Assembly (NCBI RefSeq): GCF_000016745.1
Contig: NC_009483.1
Coordinates: 1,590,001 to 1,622,000, forward strand
DNA length: 32,000 bases
Reading direction: 5' to 3'
Source of the DNA: Geotalea uraniireducens Rf4
GTDB lineage: Bacteria; Desulfobacterota; Desulfuromonadia; Geobacterales; Geobacteraceae
Shown here piece after piece: positions 31,179 to 32,000 of the stretch. The position numbers were made by a program, and so were the translations under genes. Position 1 is the stretch's first letter. Every line of letters starts with the position of its first letter. The notes beneath the pieces are model-generated. The model saw only the letters and a list, made by a program, of their open reading frames with translations, was not told the origin of the DNA and made no database searches.

Positions 31179-31913
31179 CTATCTTATGGGGCGGAAACCG
31201 AAATATAAAGCTTGTTTCGGGCATTGATCTACGCAGTCTCCACAGTTGATGCACTTCCGGTCATTTACGGCCGCTTCGTTATTCTCGACATATTCTTTTA
31301 CTTTAACACCCATCTGACAGCTATCGGTACATTTGTCACAATTTCCACATGATGCCTTGTGTATTCCGATTTTCACCAGACTGAATTTTGAATATAAGCT
31401 CAATGTGCCGCCAATCGGGCAGAGATATTTACAAAACCACCTGCTCCCCAAATAATAGGTCAAGAACATGGTTATCGGCATCATTGTTATGACTCCTCCG
31501 ATAAATATCCATAAACTGTTTGTCTCGTAACCATAGTTTGAATTGAAATTGATGGCATTGTAATTTCTGTAGAGACCAGTCACCAAACTGCTCAAAAGGA
31601 CTGCAGTAAAGAAAAAGATAAGATTTTGCTGCCCATATTTTCTTTTGGAGGGGTCAAATCCAAACGTTTTAAGCAAGTTGGCCGATTGTTCCTGCACCGG
31701 TGCGAATACACAAAGCCAGCCGCACAGTGCTCGTCCCCATACAAATACCATTAGCAGCATTACCAACCAGAAAATGGAAGCCTGCCCGAATTGTCCCTTT
31801 GAGATCAAGTCAGTCGTTGAACGTGGACAAAGGCTTTTCAATTTGGTCACTCCGGCAATCGTGAGACTGGTATGTAAAATAATCAAGGCATACACAATGG
31901 AATGAGAATACAT
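31179..31913 (-). CDS. Membrane-bound 4Fe-4S ferredoxin-type protein (NapH/MauN-like)
   Basis: Several TM helices. Cys motifs are LCGWLC, CKYLCPIG, CGNCDKCTDSC and CINCGDCVDQCP. Confidence 0.8.
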   Translation of the reverse strand: MYSHSIVYALIILHTSLTIAGVTKLKSLCPRSTTDLISKGQFGQASIFWLVMLLMVFVWGRALCGWLCVFAPVQEQSANLLKTFGFDPSKRKYGQQNLIFFFTAVLLSSLVTGLYRNYNAINFNSNYGYETNSLWIFIGGVITMMPITMFLTYYLGSRWFCKYLCPIGGTLSLYSKFSLVKIGIHKASCGNCDKCTDSCQMGVKVKEYVENNEAAVNDRKCINCGDCVDQCPKQALYFGFRPIR

Positions 31914-32000
31914 TCTCCTTGTTTTCCAATTACCCAGTTTGGGCCATTTGAATCTGATTCTCTGAACAGGAAGCGTATGCGTTGAAGTATATAAATATAA

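Overview
By gene content and sequence style this looks like a chromosomal segment from a Geobacter/Desulfuromonadales-type bacterium; I cannot verify that without a search. It splits into three parts.

(1) 1-9.5 kb, accessory RiPP region. It starts with the 3' end of one lasso-peptide cyclase gene. A GNAT gene and three tandem phage-tail-collar paralogues follow. Next comes a complete, translationally coupled lasso operon: an unannotated 56-aa precursor ORF, a cyclase, two HPr-kinase-like genes, a sulfotransferase, a PqqD-like RRE, a B2 protease and a small EamA-type membrane protein. This operon is my best candidate for a new system, because it could make a multiply phosphorylated and/or sulfated lasso peptide.

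(2) 9.6-12.6 kb, a decaying toxin-antitoxin islet.
- It holds a HigB/Gp49-like toxin with an XRE antitoxin, and a DUF4258 gene with an MqsA-type zinc-finger antitoxin.
- It also holds a frameshifted PARP-like (H-Y-E) ADP-ribosyltransferase gene coupled to a 49-aa upstream ORF.
- Two gene remnants are present.
- A ~118-nt direct repeat sits upstream of two of the operons.

(3) 12.8-32 kb, mostly housekeeping genes.
- The genes are hcp, a SAM methyltransferase, ubiE, a CdaA-YbbR fusion, a LysM-NlpC/P60 hydrolase, a B12-radical SAM/TPR protein, an AsmA-like giant, CheY, a CheX-like protein, an NtrY-like kinase and a cysteine-rich MarR/SHOCT/AhpD-like/4Fe-4S cluster.
- Structured intergenic repeats lie between them, including a ~170-nt imperfect palindrome that supplies the stop codon of one gene.

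I found no rRNA, tRNA, CRISPR array, transposase or integrase. All family assignments come from motif recognition by eye; no searches were run.
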